From: Lingula anatina
Taxonomy: Eukaryota > Animalia > Brachiopoda
Reading direction: 5' to 3'
DNA length: 64,000 bases
NCBI GenBank assembly: GCA_051362555.1
Contig: CM120646.1
Location: forward strand, 19,096,001 to 19,160,000
Positions 14,300 through 28,900 of this stretch are shown piece by piece. The notes under the pieces were generated by a model. It was not told where the DNA came from, ran no database searches, and saw only the letters and a list, made by a program, of their open reading frames with translations. A program made the translations under genes and the position numbers. Position 1 is the first letter of the stretch. Every line of letters starts with the position of its first letter.

Positions 14300-15850
14300 T
14301 CTCATAGAAGGCTGCGAGTGTTGTCCACGTTTCTTGGACTTGCTCATAAAACAGACAAAGCTGTAGCGTCCCACAAAAGTTTCCGTAGGTGTGCAGTGGC
14401 AGCATTGGTCATTGGGTGATGTCACCGCCTTGAATTTCTGTCAAAAACATTAATAGCTTTCAATAAACTTTCCCCACTCAGTAGTATTAACGTCCCGATA
14501 TAATAATAACAAACATGAAAGCAACTGCGCAACCCGAGCCTTTATTGGGTGTAATCTTAAAATTACTGCTATTATGCTGATTAACCATTATGGCAGTCAG
14601 TAATGAAAATATACCTGTGTGGCTATTGTTACCGTAATGTCGGAGTAATGAGGACATTTTCTCCATGACTGAGTCTGGGGCAGCGGGGGGCTGAAAAGGG
14701 GGCAGGGCCTTTCAACTTCGCGCAGGAAGTTTACTTTTTGTACACCGATTACCGAGCCTGGATCAACATGCAATAAAAAGGTATACATTCACGCGTAGAT
14801 TACATTTCCAGTGGATAAATATTACTAGATCAACATGCACTGGTTGTGTTGCCTTTCTGAGCCCTGAATGACACGCAGGGGGCAAAAATGCGACTGTCAC
14901 TCGTATCAACACTTTGACAGGATAACTTTTCTTTAACAATAGTTGCCCAAAGTGCGGCATCTTTGTGCAATTAAAAGAAGGAAAATAAAGCCAGTTAAAC
15001 AAAATTTATTTGATGTGGACGCTCACCTACCCGCTACAAATATTGACACTGTTTAGTGAGGAACGATGTACACACTGCATTTAGTAGCGGACGACGCAGA
15101 GCGCTGAAATGAAGTTTTACCTCGTCCCTTGTGGGTGGAGCTACCAGTGTCAATTTCACCAGACATATCCTATAAGTTTGTGTAAAATGGTGCTACACAA
15201 GTTCAGTTTGCTATTTGTTGGTGCATGGTGAAAAATATCTGTAGAAAAAAAGTGTTTCGATGGGAAGATTGTAAAGTTTTCACTCATCGCAGCTGGGCGG
15301 AAGTAATCGGGTGACGTATACGTGCAACCAGGGTAAATTTGTGAGAGCGAGTATCAACTTTCACTACGAGGAGTGTTCCTCAACTACAAGATCTCAGACT
15401 TAATCTTTAGACCAAAAATCCAGCTTATCCTTCATGAATTCGTTAAAGCAGGAACTGTGAGGCATTTCAAACCATAGAGGAGTGAGATAAAGCCATGAAA
15501 GGGACCGTCTATACACGATTTCTACTGGCATTCTGCTGCGCTTGTACAGTTCTGTTGGGTGAGTTTGAAATTCTTTGGCATGCCATGTGTTTCATTGGGT
15601 TCATGTTATTGTTAAGAGTTGTGCGTTAGCTTTCTCGGAATAGATGCAACGCTTTGAAATTTAGGTCACTGCAGAAATACTGGGCAGTGCCAGAACTGAC
15701 TGTGCTTTGCCAACTTGATATGTTTATATAGCGAACTTGGTAGTTTTGACTTTTTGATCGCTCGAAGTTTGCTCAGAAGCGCTGTGAACTGAAATTATCA
15801 TTCGCATTTTATTCTTTGGAGTAATGAGTTTTGAAATCCCATTGAATTTT
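14300..15850. promoter_or_regulatory. CpG-rich, probably bidirectional promoter region
   Basis: Visibly more CpGs than either flank. ETS site CGGAAGT at 15298-15304 and CRE-like TGACGTA at 15312-15318. A - strand donor tag|gtgagc at about 15027 and the + strand nephrin first coding exon at 15495. Confidence 0.6.
15495..15558 (+). CDS. NPHS1: Nephrin exon 1, signal peptide MKGTVYTRFLLAFCCACTVLL
   Basis: gccATG context, hydrophobic core and a phase-1 g|gtgagt donor compatible with exon 2 (..LLAGAQNVIQSF). Confidence 0.8.
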
Positions 15851-16946
15851 ACTCAAAATTAAGGTTTTCTTGACCCTCTGTTCGTGAATTCTTTAATAAG
15901 TTAACATTCTCTCAATTTTTGACAACAGTGCCAGTGGTTATTTGCAACAAGTTACATGCATCATTGCTTGGTTAGCACCAAGTAATGGCATTTCTGAGGA
16001 CAAACCAGAACACTTTACATTTATTTAGTTTAATGTGTACTGACAAATATTTCATGACCCCTACCCCAATATTTCACTTGCCATCAACTTCTGAAAGAGA
16101 TGTGAAAATTGTTTTGAAAAAAATTACGGCTGGAGATTAAAAGTACAATATCTCATTTGAAAAGAAACTAAGAAAAATGTACATTTTATGTAATGTCTCT
16201 TCTAATAAGCTTATGGGAAAATTATCTAACAGCCAGAGTATAAGTATGGATCATGTTGACACGTGTTCCAGATAAGAATATCCTTGAATTAATAAAATCA
16301 GAACAATGACTGCTGACCAGTTGATATGCCCATGTTGTTAGACTGGACTGGTCAGTCTGACGGCAGCAGACTGAAACTTAATCGCAGCCATTCTGGTGCT
16401 ACCTGGATATACCAACTTCAAAGTATGCACATCTAGTTATACAGCTGGAGGGTGCGTTATTTCCATGTAGGTTACTTATGGAATGTTCTTTATATTTACA
16501 TGAAAAATTCCAACTTGACTAATGGGCAATTTTGCTGATTTGAAACTTTAGATTTTTTCTTCCTTTTTTGCCCCAGTTTAGCTGGTACATCTAAAATATT
16601 TTCATAGCATTTGTTCAATATGCTATGATGATTTGCTACTACTGAAGTACATTGTCACCCTGCTTTAGTCACGTGCACATGACACATGGTGATTTTTAAC
16701 AGGCCAGTAGAATATTTCATTGGATTGTTAAATGATACCCACTTGACTTTATTCAGCAAATTATATTTTGAAGTGTTGTCAAAACAATTGACTTTAATGT
16801 ATTTTGATTGAGGGTGTCATACTGTAAGAGCTCAGCTGGAACTTGTGCATTTTGAATGTGCAGTCATACCAAGTTCAAGTAAAAATGATAAATGTGCTTT
16901 TAAGTGGTTTAAAATCTATTTCTATTGTTTTCTACAGCTCTCCCCA

Positions 16947-16989
<43 letters not shown>

Positions 16990-19900
16990 TCAAATACTTT
17001 GAAAGTGCCAATATTGCTTCAGGAACACAGCTGGCCAGGCAGTGAAATTGTATTTGTTTTCATAGCTTTCCATGCTAAAATAGCCAGAGAGTGCAGGATG
17101 GCCTGAGGCTGTTATAGATAGGGCTATATATAATCCAAAGATTTTTGATACACTAGTCAGTGCTCAATGTGAAATCAAAGCATTGTAGAAGAAGAGCTTC
17201 TAAAGACAATTATATACTATTAATTCTTGTTTTGTAACATGGAATTGGACATTGCTTCAAAACCATGTGTTATTGCTGTTATCCCTTGTTTTATTATTTT
17301 CATCAGTTGATTTTTGTCTCCATTGTTCCTTTAATCCCATTTTCAACTGATAAACATGTATTCAAGAAGTGAACCAAATGAGTAGCAGCACTGAATAAAA
17401 ATAAATAATGTTCATGTTACTGAATATGTTATGTAATGTACTGGATCACAAAATCCCAGATCTTATCAGTGCATATTAAGAATAATAAGGCATAAGCACT
17501 TGAAAAAAGGAAGTACTTGTTTGTTGCAAAAGTTGATACCCAGGTGGTTTTTCCTGTTTTTACAGCCATCTTACCAGACATGGAGAAGTCACAAGTATAA
17601 GCTTCAGTTGATGATACCCTTGTATTATCTCTATTGCTGCAGACAAAATATTTTTATTACGACACAGTAGTGTATTTAGCTCAGAAGGAAGCAACTTCAT
17701 GTTTATTGAGTGGCCTCTCTAAATATTTTTCTGGTCTCCTAATGGAAACCAAAAATGATGTATAATATTTTCAGATTCAAGAAATTTATACCAATATGTC
17801 TTCTCTGAGTAGTCTTGGTAGTGTAATATTGCATGCACTTTCTTAGAAATTGTCAATGGCTCTGTTGCTAGAGCATTTGATGCTTTTCAGCAAACTATTT
17901 TTTGTCCCTCATACAAAAGTGAAATTTTGAGAAGAGCCATTCTAAAATAATAGCTTTTCATAAATTGAATATAGAAACTTCAAAAAAATTTTTTTTAAAC
18001 AGATTTTCTGTAGACTTCTTCCATGAGTAATTGTCCTTGGGTAAAATAAGGTGACCACACAGTTAGCATATAAGCTATCCTCAATGGAACAGAAGCCTGT
18101 GTCTTAAAAAGAACTTTAGCCTGAAATTTGTTCTTAACTTTTTCGACTGAAATTTGAGTTTGCTTTGACCCCAATGAAATCAGTTGTGGTTCAGTTGAGT
18201 TTAGTATTGCATCTGTTTTATAATAAAAAAGAAAATGCTACTGTTTTAGACCAAAAGTTATTCTTTGTTAGTTGACTACTGGACAGTCTTAACAAATTGA
18301 TGTTGACTAACATTTTGGACTAAAAGTAGCTTGCAGTCTTTTGTGAAATCAACCCCAGGTCAACATATCGAGTTTCCTGTCGGAGAAACTATGTGCTCTA
18401 TGGCAGTGGAAAGGCCCTAATCTTCTAAGATGTTTCTTCCTGTTTGAAATTTGATTTAAGTAGTTAACTGACTCTAACATTGTCAGGCATTAAACTCCAG
18501 ATTTATCTAATGGAAAAAAGTCATCCAAGTTTGGTCTTGGTGATATCTCATTCACCTCTCAAGTAATGGGGGAACACTTCTACTGAAGCCTGGAGTGAAA
18601 TATTGGGTTACCAGATAAATGTATTCCTTTAAGCGTCTATTAGCTATCAGGGGATGTTTTTGGTTAAACTAAAAACCGACATTGCAGCACAATACAGCCT
18701 CATGTAAGAGGACACCTTCCACATTGTTTCCGCATAGGGCCCTGTTATTTATTACCTCATTTCTATCAAACCATAAACTACAGTGAAGTAAGAAAAAAGC
18801 TGTTGGTGCCCCGCTAGTATGATTTCCTGCTTATACTGATTCACCTCTGTTGTCTGAAAAAGCATTATTAGTTTAGGACATTCCTTTGGCTGGCGTCACC
18901 TTTGAACCCATTGTATAGCAGTCCTGTTATTAACAAGCTATCTAAACAAATTACACAAATTATTCCATGATCAATACACGCCTTAAGATCAATTACGGTT
19001 AAGGTGTAGAGCTCTATGTCTTGTCAACTGTGTGGGCTGCTGTAGTGTTACTGTGTATAGATTTTCAGTAAAAGTTACCAGTTATGATATGTCCTTATAA
19101 ACCATATTCCATTACTAGTAGATGTTTTCTAAATTAGTTATGTAAAGTTTCCGTTTTCACTATGTGGGGAAAAACAGTAAAGTGAGGAAAGTTAGGGGCT
19201 TGGGGTGTGGGGTGACACCTTTTTTTAGCCTCGAAGTTCCAATCCCTGTTTAATGTAAACATGTTTTCTTATTTTGTTGATAATGTGAAACTCAGGAAGC
19301 TTTGTTTACTTATGCTTTATGTTAAATTACATTTTTGATAACCAACACTGGTTTGTTGAGATGTTTTTTTGAGGATACTGGCAAAGTCAGAGAAGGGGCT
19401 GCAAGAATTAAGATTTCGTCAGCTGATTTGTGATTCTGAAATGTGGACTGATCGGTTTGACGTTACAGAGGAGAATGTGAATTGACAGATTAAAACTGTT
19501 TATTTATTTTTATAATATATTAACATCTTACCAATTCTCAATTCCCTTCCTTTCAGCAGTTTAACTGCAATTTAATAACATGGTTATGTAGATCTTTTAA
19601 ATTGACAATGTTAAACAACCCCAAAGTTGATTTTTTTATTCAAGTAAACCATTTATAAAGTGATTAAACATGTTTTCTACCTATGAAACTTGACATATAT
19701 TGCTTTAGCCATCATAACTCAAGAGACCATCGGGGGCTCCCAAAAACCTGTTTCCCCTGAAACCTTAATTTTTCTTCAAGATGTGAAGCCATTCTTGCAC
19801 TAAACTTCCCTCAAGGTATTGCTAGTCATACAGGGGTGGTCTTAGAGATTAATAATCTTTCAGAATGTACTTGATCATCCTGTAAGCCAGGTGATTAGAG

Positions 19901-22900
19901 CTGGTCAACCTCACTGTCACAACTCGGACACTGAGTAGATTGTTTGTCTTTGCTGTTGACACAGCCAGTAACATTGTGTAAGCAGAGTAGCAAAGATCAG
20001 GACAGAGCTTAACTTTCTTGTAAGAATTACTTGATAACAAAAACCCCTCCCTTCTCCATTGTCCAATCCGATTCAAAATAGATTACTATTCCAAGTAAAC
20101 TCTGACAAAGAAGTTTTGTCAACAAGGCTCATAATTGGCCATTGTTCTCCTGGGAGTGGTAGGAGGTGGTAGGCTTTTAATTCAGTGCCGCTTTGGTTTT
20201 TGACGATTTTGAGCGGCGATTCAACATTGACTTGATTATGAACCCAGAGGATCAATGCCGTAATTGTTCTCAATGTAGAAACATAATTGCAAGGCGGAGA
20301 GAAACAGATTAAGCGGGTATCGTGCCCACTGTGTTACTTGATGAGAGACTTTTGAACAGCATTGATCTGTGTTTGGTCGGGTAAAATGAGACTGATACTT
20401 GATCTGGGATCAGTGAAAAATCTTCACAGCCCCCTGTCTTGCAATATTGATGATTTGTTACCGTTAATGCAGGTTTCTTGTCCTCCGCTAGTAAATCTAT
20501 ATGGCCAGGAAGATGTGTAGATGTGTGCAGTTTTCCATTGATCTCTGTGTTCTGGTGTTCAGGTATGATCAATATGTAATATTGACTGATACACGAGTAA
20601 TACAGGTGCTTCAAACTGGGTGGGTGGGTCATGTTTTGTGGGGGAGGGCTGGACGTGCCAGGAAGACAGAACTTAAAAAGGGTGTGGTATTCACAAAACA
20701 ATTGAAATTTAAAATTGAAGAGGTTGTTAATCTTACGATGTTTAAATTGATCACAAATTATAATCTCCTGAAAGAAATAATGTTGTTTGACAAGCAGTTC
20801 TTTTTGTTTCAGATTTCCCCTTCAAGCTCTCCCCATGATCTCTGACCCACTTCTATCAGCTCTGAATCTTCATGTACAGTTATGCTATTTGTAATAAGAG
20901 CAATTGTCAACAACATTATTTCACAGGTACTTACCCTCAGATAAAAGGTTCTTCCCACAGGACATTCCTTGTGCACTCGAGCAGCAAATTGTCCTGGACG
21001 TAGGTAGTGGTTATTAGAGGGTCAGCAAGGAGGAAGACTGGGGTGAAATTTTGTATTTATGAAACACATTCTGGAGTTAGATGGGGAGATTTATTGAATA
21101 GTACAAAGGAGCTGTCCCATTGTGATCTCATTTGTCTGTCTGTCACATTAAAAGTTGCATTTTCTATGCACTGTCTTGTCAGTTTACATGACACTGGTAT
21201 TAGGACACCAGTTTGAACTGTGGGGTGTCTTATTTTGCGAGGTTCCCATCGAATTTTTCATTTTGGTGCAATTTTGAGTCCTCCAAGCTATTTGTGATTC
21301 TTGTTCCATATTTGTAAAAGAAAATGTCAAATTCAGCCCAACAGGTTGCCTGTGTTAGTCCCCCGAAGAAAACAAAAGTGTTTCCAGTGCGTAGGAAAAC
21401 ATTTTCAAAATGGTCACAGGTGGTTTGATTAAAATGGAGCAGTTTGAAAATTTAAAACCTGTGGATTCAAAAATGGCACAGTTGCATATTACACACTGGC
21501 ACACAGAGTGGCTCTGTTGTATTTGTCATCTTTGACAAGATTCCAATCCAGAGATCTGTTAGTTCAGGACCAACACCTCTTCTGATGAGAGATGTTTTCT
21601 GTCATGCTTTTGGGTCTCCATATACTTTGGAAGTCTAAAAGAAACAAATATGACAAATGAAATTAAGATTTAAGTGCAAAATGTATTTGAAAACCCAACA
21701 TTTTTTAATAAAAGTTCTTATAAGACAAAGAATAATATTCCTATAGGAAGAAGAAATAGATTGGGAAAAAGAGTGGAAACAGCTGCCACTTCCCCCCCCC
21801 CCCCCCCCCCCCCTCCCAAGGACTGAAAACTTTATAAAAGTTGAAGGCTTGTAATAATAAATATTTTCAAGCAAAGAAAAAAAACTGTGGGTAACTGTTC
21901 AAGCACCTGGTCTCCAAATGCTGCCTCCCTGGTGTGTTATTTTCTAACATGAATCATTAGATCAACCCCAAAAGAGAGAAAATGTAATATGGGATGGATT
22001 CTGTCAACTTTCATATTTCTACTTTCATTTTTACCAGATGTTGAAGCTGTGGAATGAAAACTTTGTTCGCTCATGGGTGTACTAGTAAGGATATTTCTGT
22101 ATGCAATCTGGGATTATTTTCCTTCTTTTTTTTTTTCACTTCTGACATTTCTTCTTCCTTGCCAGGTGTTAAATCAAAAAGAAAAAGAAATATTTTGAAA
22201 CACACCAGCTGGTTTTGAAATTTAAACGATTACACTGCAAAGATGACAGGGCTGGCCTCACTTATTGTCTTCATTTGTCCTCCCTGCTGGGATTCATAAG
22301 TTTTTGATTTTGATCACATAACAGGAAATTTCATATTGAAAAATTCAAAACCACTTTTTTTATGGCCGTACTGTTTCCTTTTCTCCAAAATCTAGAGTGC
22401 TCTTATAAGTACCAATTTGACACTGATGAAACTATAGTCATCCAAAGAAAATAAAGCTGGCTAGAAAGTAAAGGGATAGCCCTAATTGGAGTTACATGGC
22501 AGTGTTTGGACTAAAATCAGGACTATTTCTATATCAGCTACATGCTGGATAACTTGGTTACCTCTTCCACTGCTTGTCTGAAGGACAAACAAACACTTTA
22601 AGTGGGAGCGTTTACATGAGATTAAGATATTTCCCAGGTAAATTAAAGGTGGGCTTAATGAGGGATTATGTGGTTTTTACCTCTGCTGGAACACCTGAAG
22701 ATGTTTTGGCAGGTATGCCACAGGGTATTTTTCATCAGGTAACAAGTGTTCCACTGAGTTGGGGGGATCTCCCCCATGGTGAATCTCTCACAGTAGAGGT
22801 GGTATCTGGAGGATTCCAAAAGAATGTCTTCTTTTCTTTCTAGACTTGATCCTACAGAATAATAGTTGGGTGCATGCACGTGCACACACACAATCATGCA

Positions 22901-25900
22901 GTGTTTTGAATAACAGAAAAAAATTAGACAAAGAAAGATGTACAATAGAAGATATTTTAAAGAAATTAATTATACATTTGGTGTGAACATGTACAAAACT
23001 TTGTTGACATCTTCTGATGAGCATAATTTAGTTATACTGAGATGGAGGTTAACATTTTCTCCTTCTCATTCTTTATGATATTTTCCCTGGGGCTTATAAT
23101 ATCAAATAAAAGCCCAAGGTACACTTCATGTTGCCCCGGTAGTTTCTCCAATACTATAAAGTCTGTCAGTTCTTGACAGATCTCAAAAATATTGGCAAAC
23201 AACATGTTGGGGTTTTAGCTACTGGTTAAGAAACTGTTTTTGTATTCTTGTGTGTAACACAGCTGATGAAATTCAAGGAATATTACTTGGAGCAGCCTTA
23301 TTATGACCCACATTGCCCTTCTGAATTCACAGCGCGGTCTGGGATTCCTACAGTTGGTACTTGTACGTAATGAAGGCAAATGATGTCTAGCTTCAGTGTC
23401 TGCCTGTCTGGAAAATCTCGAAATACTGGTAATATTTCCCCTTTTGCCTTGGTGGTTTTTTAGGGGAGAGATGCACTGAAAAGAGCAATTTTGAAAGTTT
23501 CGTGACAGGGGTTGAGAGCAGTGTGGAATATAGTTTTCTTAGGGTTCATTTTGTGTCTCAACTGAAAATAATTTGTATTAGGAATAAACTGTATTAGGAA
23601 GCTACACTAGAGAGATTTGCTATTGGAAACCCCTTCATAATGATAACCTACCATGTCACCTAAAATCAAGTTGTACTAAAATAAAACAAGGGGCGAGAGA
23701 GGATGACTTTCGCTTTGATCCAACAGTTAGCAATTCATAATTCATTGTATGGTAATCTCTGAGGTATCTATTTTAAATCAGATCCACGGATTTCAAATCA
23801 TCATATCAGTAATTTAAAAAATTATACATTTGAGCTCCTGTCAAGATTGTCTGATTTGAAAATAGTAACAAGATGAAGACAGAAGACTCAATGAGTCCGA
23901 GAGATCACCTGGCCCTCCCGCTGTGTTCTGACGGAGAAGAAGTGGTTGTAAAGCATCTGAGCAATGACACCAGCAAGTAAATCAGAGCTCTGGCATCTCC
24001 ATCAGGTCTACAGAAGACATGCCAGTGGGGCAGCCAGGTGATGGGAGAGATGTTGGCAAATGCTTTTGAAAGGGAGGTGCATGGTGGAGGCGTTTGCTGT
24101 TTTTGACCCTTCTTAAAATATGGGGGAAAAAACTCAGCTTTTGTGCTGTTTGATAACTATGTTCTATTTGTGGCAGTAGGGAATCACCAGAATGCCTGTG
24201 CGAATTGGTGATCTCATATCATATTTAACAATATATAAACCAAATATTATTTTCCCGTTAAATTTAGATACCTATGATCACTCCCATTCACCATCATTCA
24301 TATAACTGTTAAACTGAGCAAATAGATGTTCTTGTCTATCCAGAAGTTATTAGTACTTATAACTTAGATGCAACTGAGAAAGAATGTTTCTCATAATTTG
24401 TTATGTCACGGGGTTATCTATAATGAGAGGCATCCCGCGCTGTTGCAGTCGGAACAAATATCACTCATCCATTAGCCACAAATGAGGTGGATGTTTTGGG
24501 TGTTTTCTTTCTGATTTCAAAGCGAATTTTTTCCTGTCATTTTGACCTTTTATTTCCAAGTGCACACACCTGAGCAGTGCACCTGTGTGTTCTGTCATCC
24601 TAACTTAGAGGCCCTGCGTTTAACGCTATACAAAGCGAACATTTTTTGTTTGTTTGTTTTTATATTTTTTATTTCATTTTATCTGTTTTGACATAACTTA
24701 TGGTTACCTCTGTATCAGTGTTCTATATGATAAAGGACAATTATTTGCAGACTTGTTCCATGGTTTACAACTTTGTTATTACAGTGGCACTTGCACAACC
24801 AGAGAATAATGTTTTTGATTTGCTTCCTCAGTTCAAATGGAAATGTAGACTTTGTATAAACTTGATGTATTTCTTCTGTAAATTTCTTTTCGTTGATTTA
24901 GAGCATACCTTGTTCACCTGCACATGTTGAACTCTCTGTTGGTGCCATTCATATTGAAAAGAAAGTGTTCTTTAACCAGTATCCCTGGAAATTTTTATAA
25001 CAAATCTACGCTGTAATTGCCAGAATCTTGTTTAGGAGGGACAATAAATATCTGGAAATACACTTAGTGAAAGGCACGGTTACATTTTTGGGGTGAGAAG
25101 CTCCTTGCTCTGTTTTTCTGTTCTCTTTGTTTTACCTTAACTTCCTTGGCTGTTTTTGGATTTTTTTTTTCTTAATGCAATTAGCAGTAATGGTCACTGA
25201 AGGGCAGTTGTCCCTTGTATTAAGTTGTCCTTCCTTACAAAGGTCTTGCATGAATGCTTCAATTCTTTGTTGATGCTTTTCCAGACTGAGAAAAATCACC
25301 TTGTCTGAACAGCCATTACAAATTAACATCATCTTGCAGTAAAAGCTTACTTGATGATGATACACCAAACGCCAGCGTGTGTCATCTTCAGTAAATTTAG
25401 AGTGATGTTGCCATGAATGACTACCAAACCTACCAATGCTTTATATCTTTTGGCATCTAAAGTTGTGGTGAGGAGATAGTAGAATTGCCCAGTAAACACG
25501 CGGCTGAGTGGAGATGGGGTAGAGAGCACCTGCCTAGGTGTGTGGGACTCCCCAGGTTGTGGTGGCACTGTGTGTGTGTGTGTATCTGGTTCATCACACC
25601 TGCCAGATCCTATGACTGTGTGGTACCTGCCACAGCACAGCTGATAGGAAGGTTTACACAGGGCAGAAATTTGTGCCTGTGAAAACAGACCAACTGGAAC
25701 GGTTAGTGTTTTATATCCTGGATAACAATGAAGCAGATTGGAAGATTTAGAAAAAGTAGTATGCGGTGCTTTAGAAACTGAAACCAACTGGTGCAATTTG
25801 TTTTGTTTCTTGTTTCGTAGCACATCTGACGGAACCTTTCCTCACAGTACAAAGGAGACTTCTCTGTGATAGAACTAGTGGAACCCCAGAGAAATAGATT

Positions 25901-28900
25901 GCCACCATTGGTTCTGTATCTGTTGAAACATTACCACAGTGGGCTGTTACTGTTACTGATCTCTGTTATAAGTGGTGCATTAGAAATGACAAAATTGCAA
26001 GAACATTTACCACTGCATTGAAACCCAAGAGGTCTTGAAGAAGAAAATAACACCTTGCAATTTAACTGTCAGTATTAAATCTCTAGTAAGTTAGACACCT
26101 GAATTGCTTGTATTCATCTCCTTTTTCCTGTTAAGTATATCAGAAAGGTATCTCCTGTATCTACTGTGTGAGTTACGCCCTGCCAAAATATCAATCTTCA
26201 TAATGATAACCAGTGAGTCATCCTGGGCAGTTCCCTCTTGGAAGTAAAAATGTTGACCTCGGAGCAGTGTTCTGTACAGTTGGTGTCTGCCAGGGAGCCC
26301 ACCTCACAGGTGAGGACTGCAGAGTTCCTTGAACTTGTGACCTGCTCTGACAGTGACAAGTCTGTTTCCTTCCTGTAAATTATGTAAAAGTACAGGATCA
26401 AGAGTGATAAGGAAAAAAGTACAGGGTCAAGAGTGATAAGGAAAAAAGTGCGATTGGTTTTGTAATATGCAGAAAATAAGAAAATTGGCATTTCAGTCTT
26501 TGCTCAGACTGCAATGCTGATTACCTTTTTGGAAATAAATTAACACATTCACAAATTCAAATACACAGGCTCTTTCATATCATTTTATGTGGGGACTTTT
26601 CCAATTTTTGTTTGTCTTAACATATATTGTATGCTAAAGAATAAGAAGTAAGCAAGCACAATTCACAGTACAGTTCAAAACTAAGATTGTAATAATTGGG
26701 AATAGTAAAGATTTTTATGGAAGATAAAAAAATGTTGTGTGAGAGTTAAAATGCTGTTGAAAGGCACCTTATAGAGCACTCCATTTTAAGTGTATGGTCT
26801 TTGAAGCGTCTGAGCTGGTTTCTGGGGCACACTACTTATGTCACTGACAACAACTTGCTTTGATCTGCATGGGCCAACATGTCTGCCATCTTTGATGTCA
26901 TGCAAGAACAAAAATTTTCAACAAGCTCTTAGATGAGAATTCAAGGGTCTTGGTTTGGTGGAGAAGCCCCACATGTCATCCTACAGACTTGAAGAAGCAG
27001 CTTATAATGAAATCACTAGACTGAACCAGACTTTCAGCTACTTTTATACATTGCAGAAAATATAACCATATGTGTATATATATATATTAGTTGTGATTGC
27101 ATTGATATTTGACCATTTATTTTCAAGCTAGGCTCAGCTATGCTGGTGTAGAAATGTCTTAAAAATCCATTAGAAATCCGACCAGGTGGTCATTAAAAAG
27201 AAGAGCCAAAAACCCGAAACTGATATTTTGATACTGAAAGCCTCAATTTTCAGCCCTGATGAGTTCACATGGTGATGCTATATAAGATGGCACCCATTTC
27301 TCTGCCTGTATATCTTGTGTTACTGGTGGGTCTTACCCCCAAGGCACATCACACACAGGCCTCAGAGCTTGGCTATGTGGTAGCTCCATGATCCCATGGA
27401 ATTTGCTGCAGTTAGATGGGAGACAGGTGCAGAAATGCTCTGGCTCAGATGGACGTCAGTGACCGCAGAGGTTGGTTTTAACTAAGGGCTGATTACCACC
27501 ACAAGGTTGATCTGAGTCATTGGGCAGCATAATGGTCAGCAGATTGGCTTGTGTGAGTGTAACATGTATGGGAACTGTTGGTGCAGGGATGCTGCTTGGT
27601 ACTTTTTTGGGAGTCTTGTTTTAATAGTTTTGACGTTACTGTGGCAAATTAAATAAATTGAAGAAAAAGAAAGGAAAAAAGTTACATTCACAACACTGAT
27701 CAGCAAATTTCTAGATAAATTTACAGCTTAGAATGGTTTTAGATTTGCTGGCTCAGTCATGACGAAGAAAAGAACAGTTATAACACAGAAGAAATATGTA
27801 ACATCCTCGGAACAAAAATTTTAATTTATTCGCATGTTAGATACACAACTCCTCAGTGTTTATCTTTCTGTTGTTTCTGTGGCTGAGTATTGGATGACCT
27901 TGACCTCTCACCCTGACCTTCCACGCCAATGTGCCCTGCAGCTGTTTATAGCTTCAGGGTCTGTCTAACATTTGGGACTGTTAAAACATGAAAGTACTTC
28001 TCTCATAACACTGGACATGGTGAGAAATGATTGTTGTATTGTAAAAATAAAGCCTTTTGGTGTAAGGGGTCAACTGGCACTGAAGTTACTCGTTTTGTAG
28101 CGTATTGTCTGATTTCAAGCTAAAACCAAGGAAAATATTATTTCCCCTAGTTTTCTAATGTTGCTGCAGCAAAATAGAAAAAGTTGAAATGATATCCGAA
28201 TACAGTTATGAAATATTTTGTTCAAATAATTTCAAAAGTGCACCAAAATTGTTTTACATTTTTCCAGTCTGGTTGCTTTCTTAAATGCTTAGTCACTAGT
28301 GGAGACTGTTAGAACCAAGAGGTACAGCTTGTAGATGGTGGGTAACCAAAGCAAGTCCTTTACCAGACAGCAGTATGCTACTGTGTTATTTATTCAGAAA
28401 TAAAGGTGCAACAACACTAACGATCACGTATATTTGATCTGTTACGCTTCAGCACAAATCTGAATGTTTACAAATGATGGAATGTGTTTGAAAAATGTGA
28501 TTGGTCACAAATGAAATGTTCCTGTGTATCAAATCGGTTCTGTCTGTGACTGGTATGTGTAGTTTGTGTGGAATTTAATGACTCTTACTTTCAAAAAAAG
28601 AACAGTTACATTCATGTATGAAAGCATGTTTGCTTGACACACCATGTATGACAAATCAGCTCACATTGACAGAATGAAATTTTGGAAAATTTGAAATGTT
28701 TGAAATCCTTAGGAAATTATCATACGAGTAACTTGAACAATAACACTCTTGTTTCCTTTACAAGACACAACAGAATTATACTCAGAAATCTTTAATACCT
28801 TACCCTCCCCCCTCCCCCAAAAAAAGTACATAACTTTATTCTTAAGCAAGGTTTAAAAAAAACATCATGTAGCTGACTTGTTCTGCTGAAATTGATGAGA

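Noticed and set aside
1-15100. A Kirrel/Neph gene head-to-head with nephrin, as in mammals
   Set aside because: No signal-peptide or Ig-domain exon could be found on the - strand in this window.
22574-22843. 89-aa ORF in nephrin intron 1 that looks vaguely protein-like
   Set aside because: Non-ATG start, no matching acceptor/donor pair and no Ig or other motif.
25347-25823. Longest intronic ORF (158 aa, - strand)
   Set aside because: It includes a (CA)n-derived THTHT run, has no domain and is consistent with chance.
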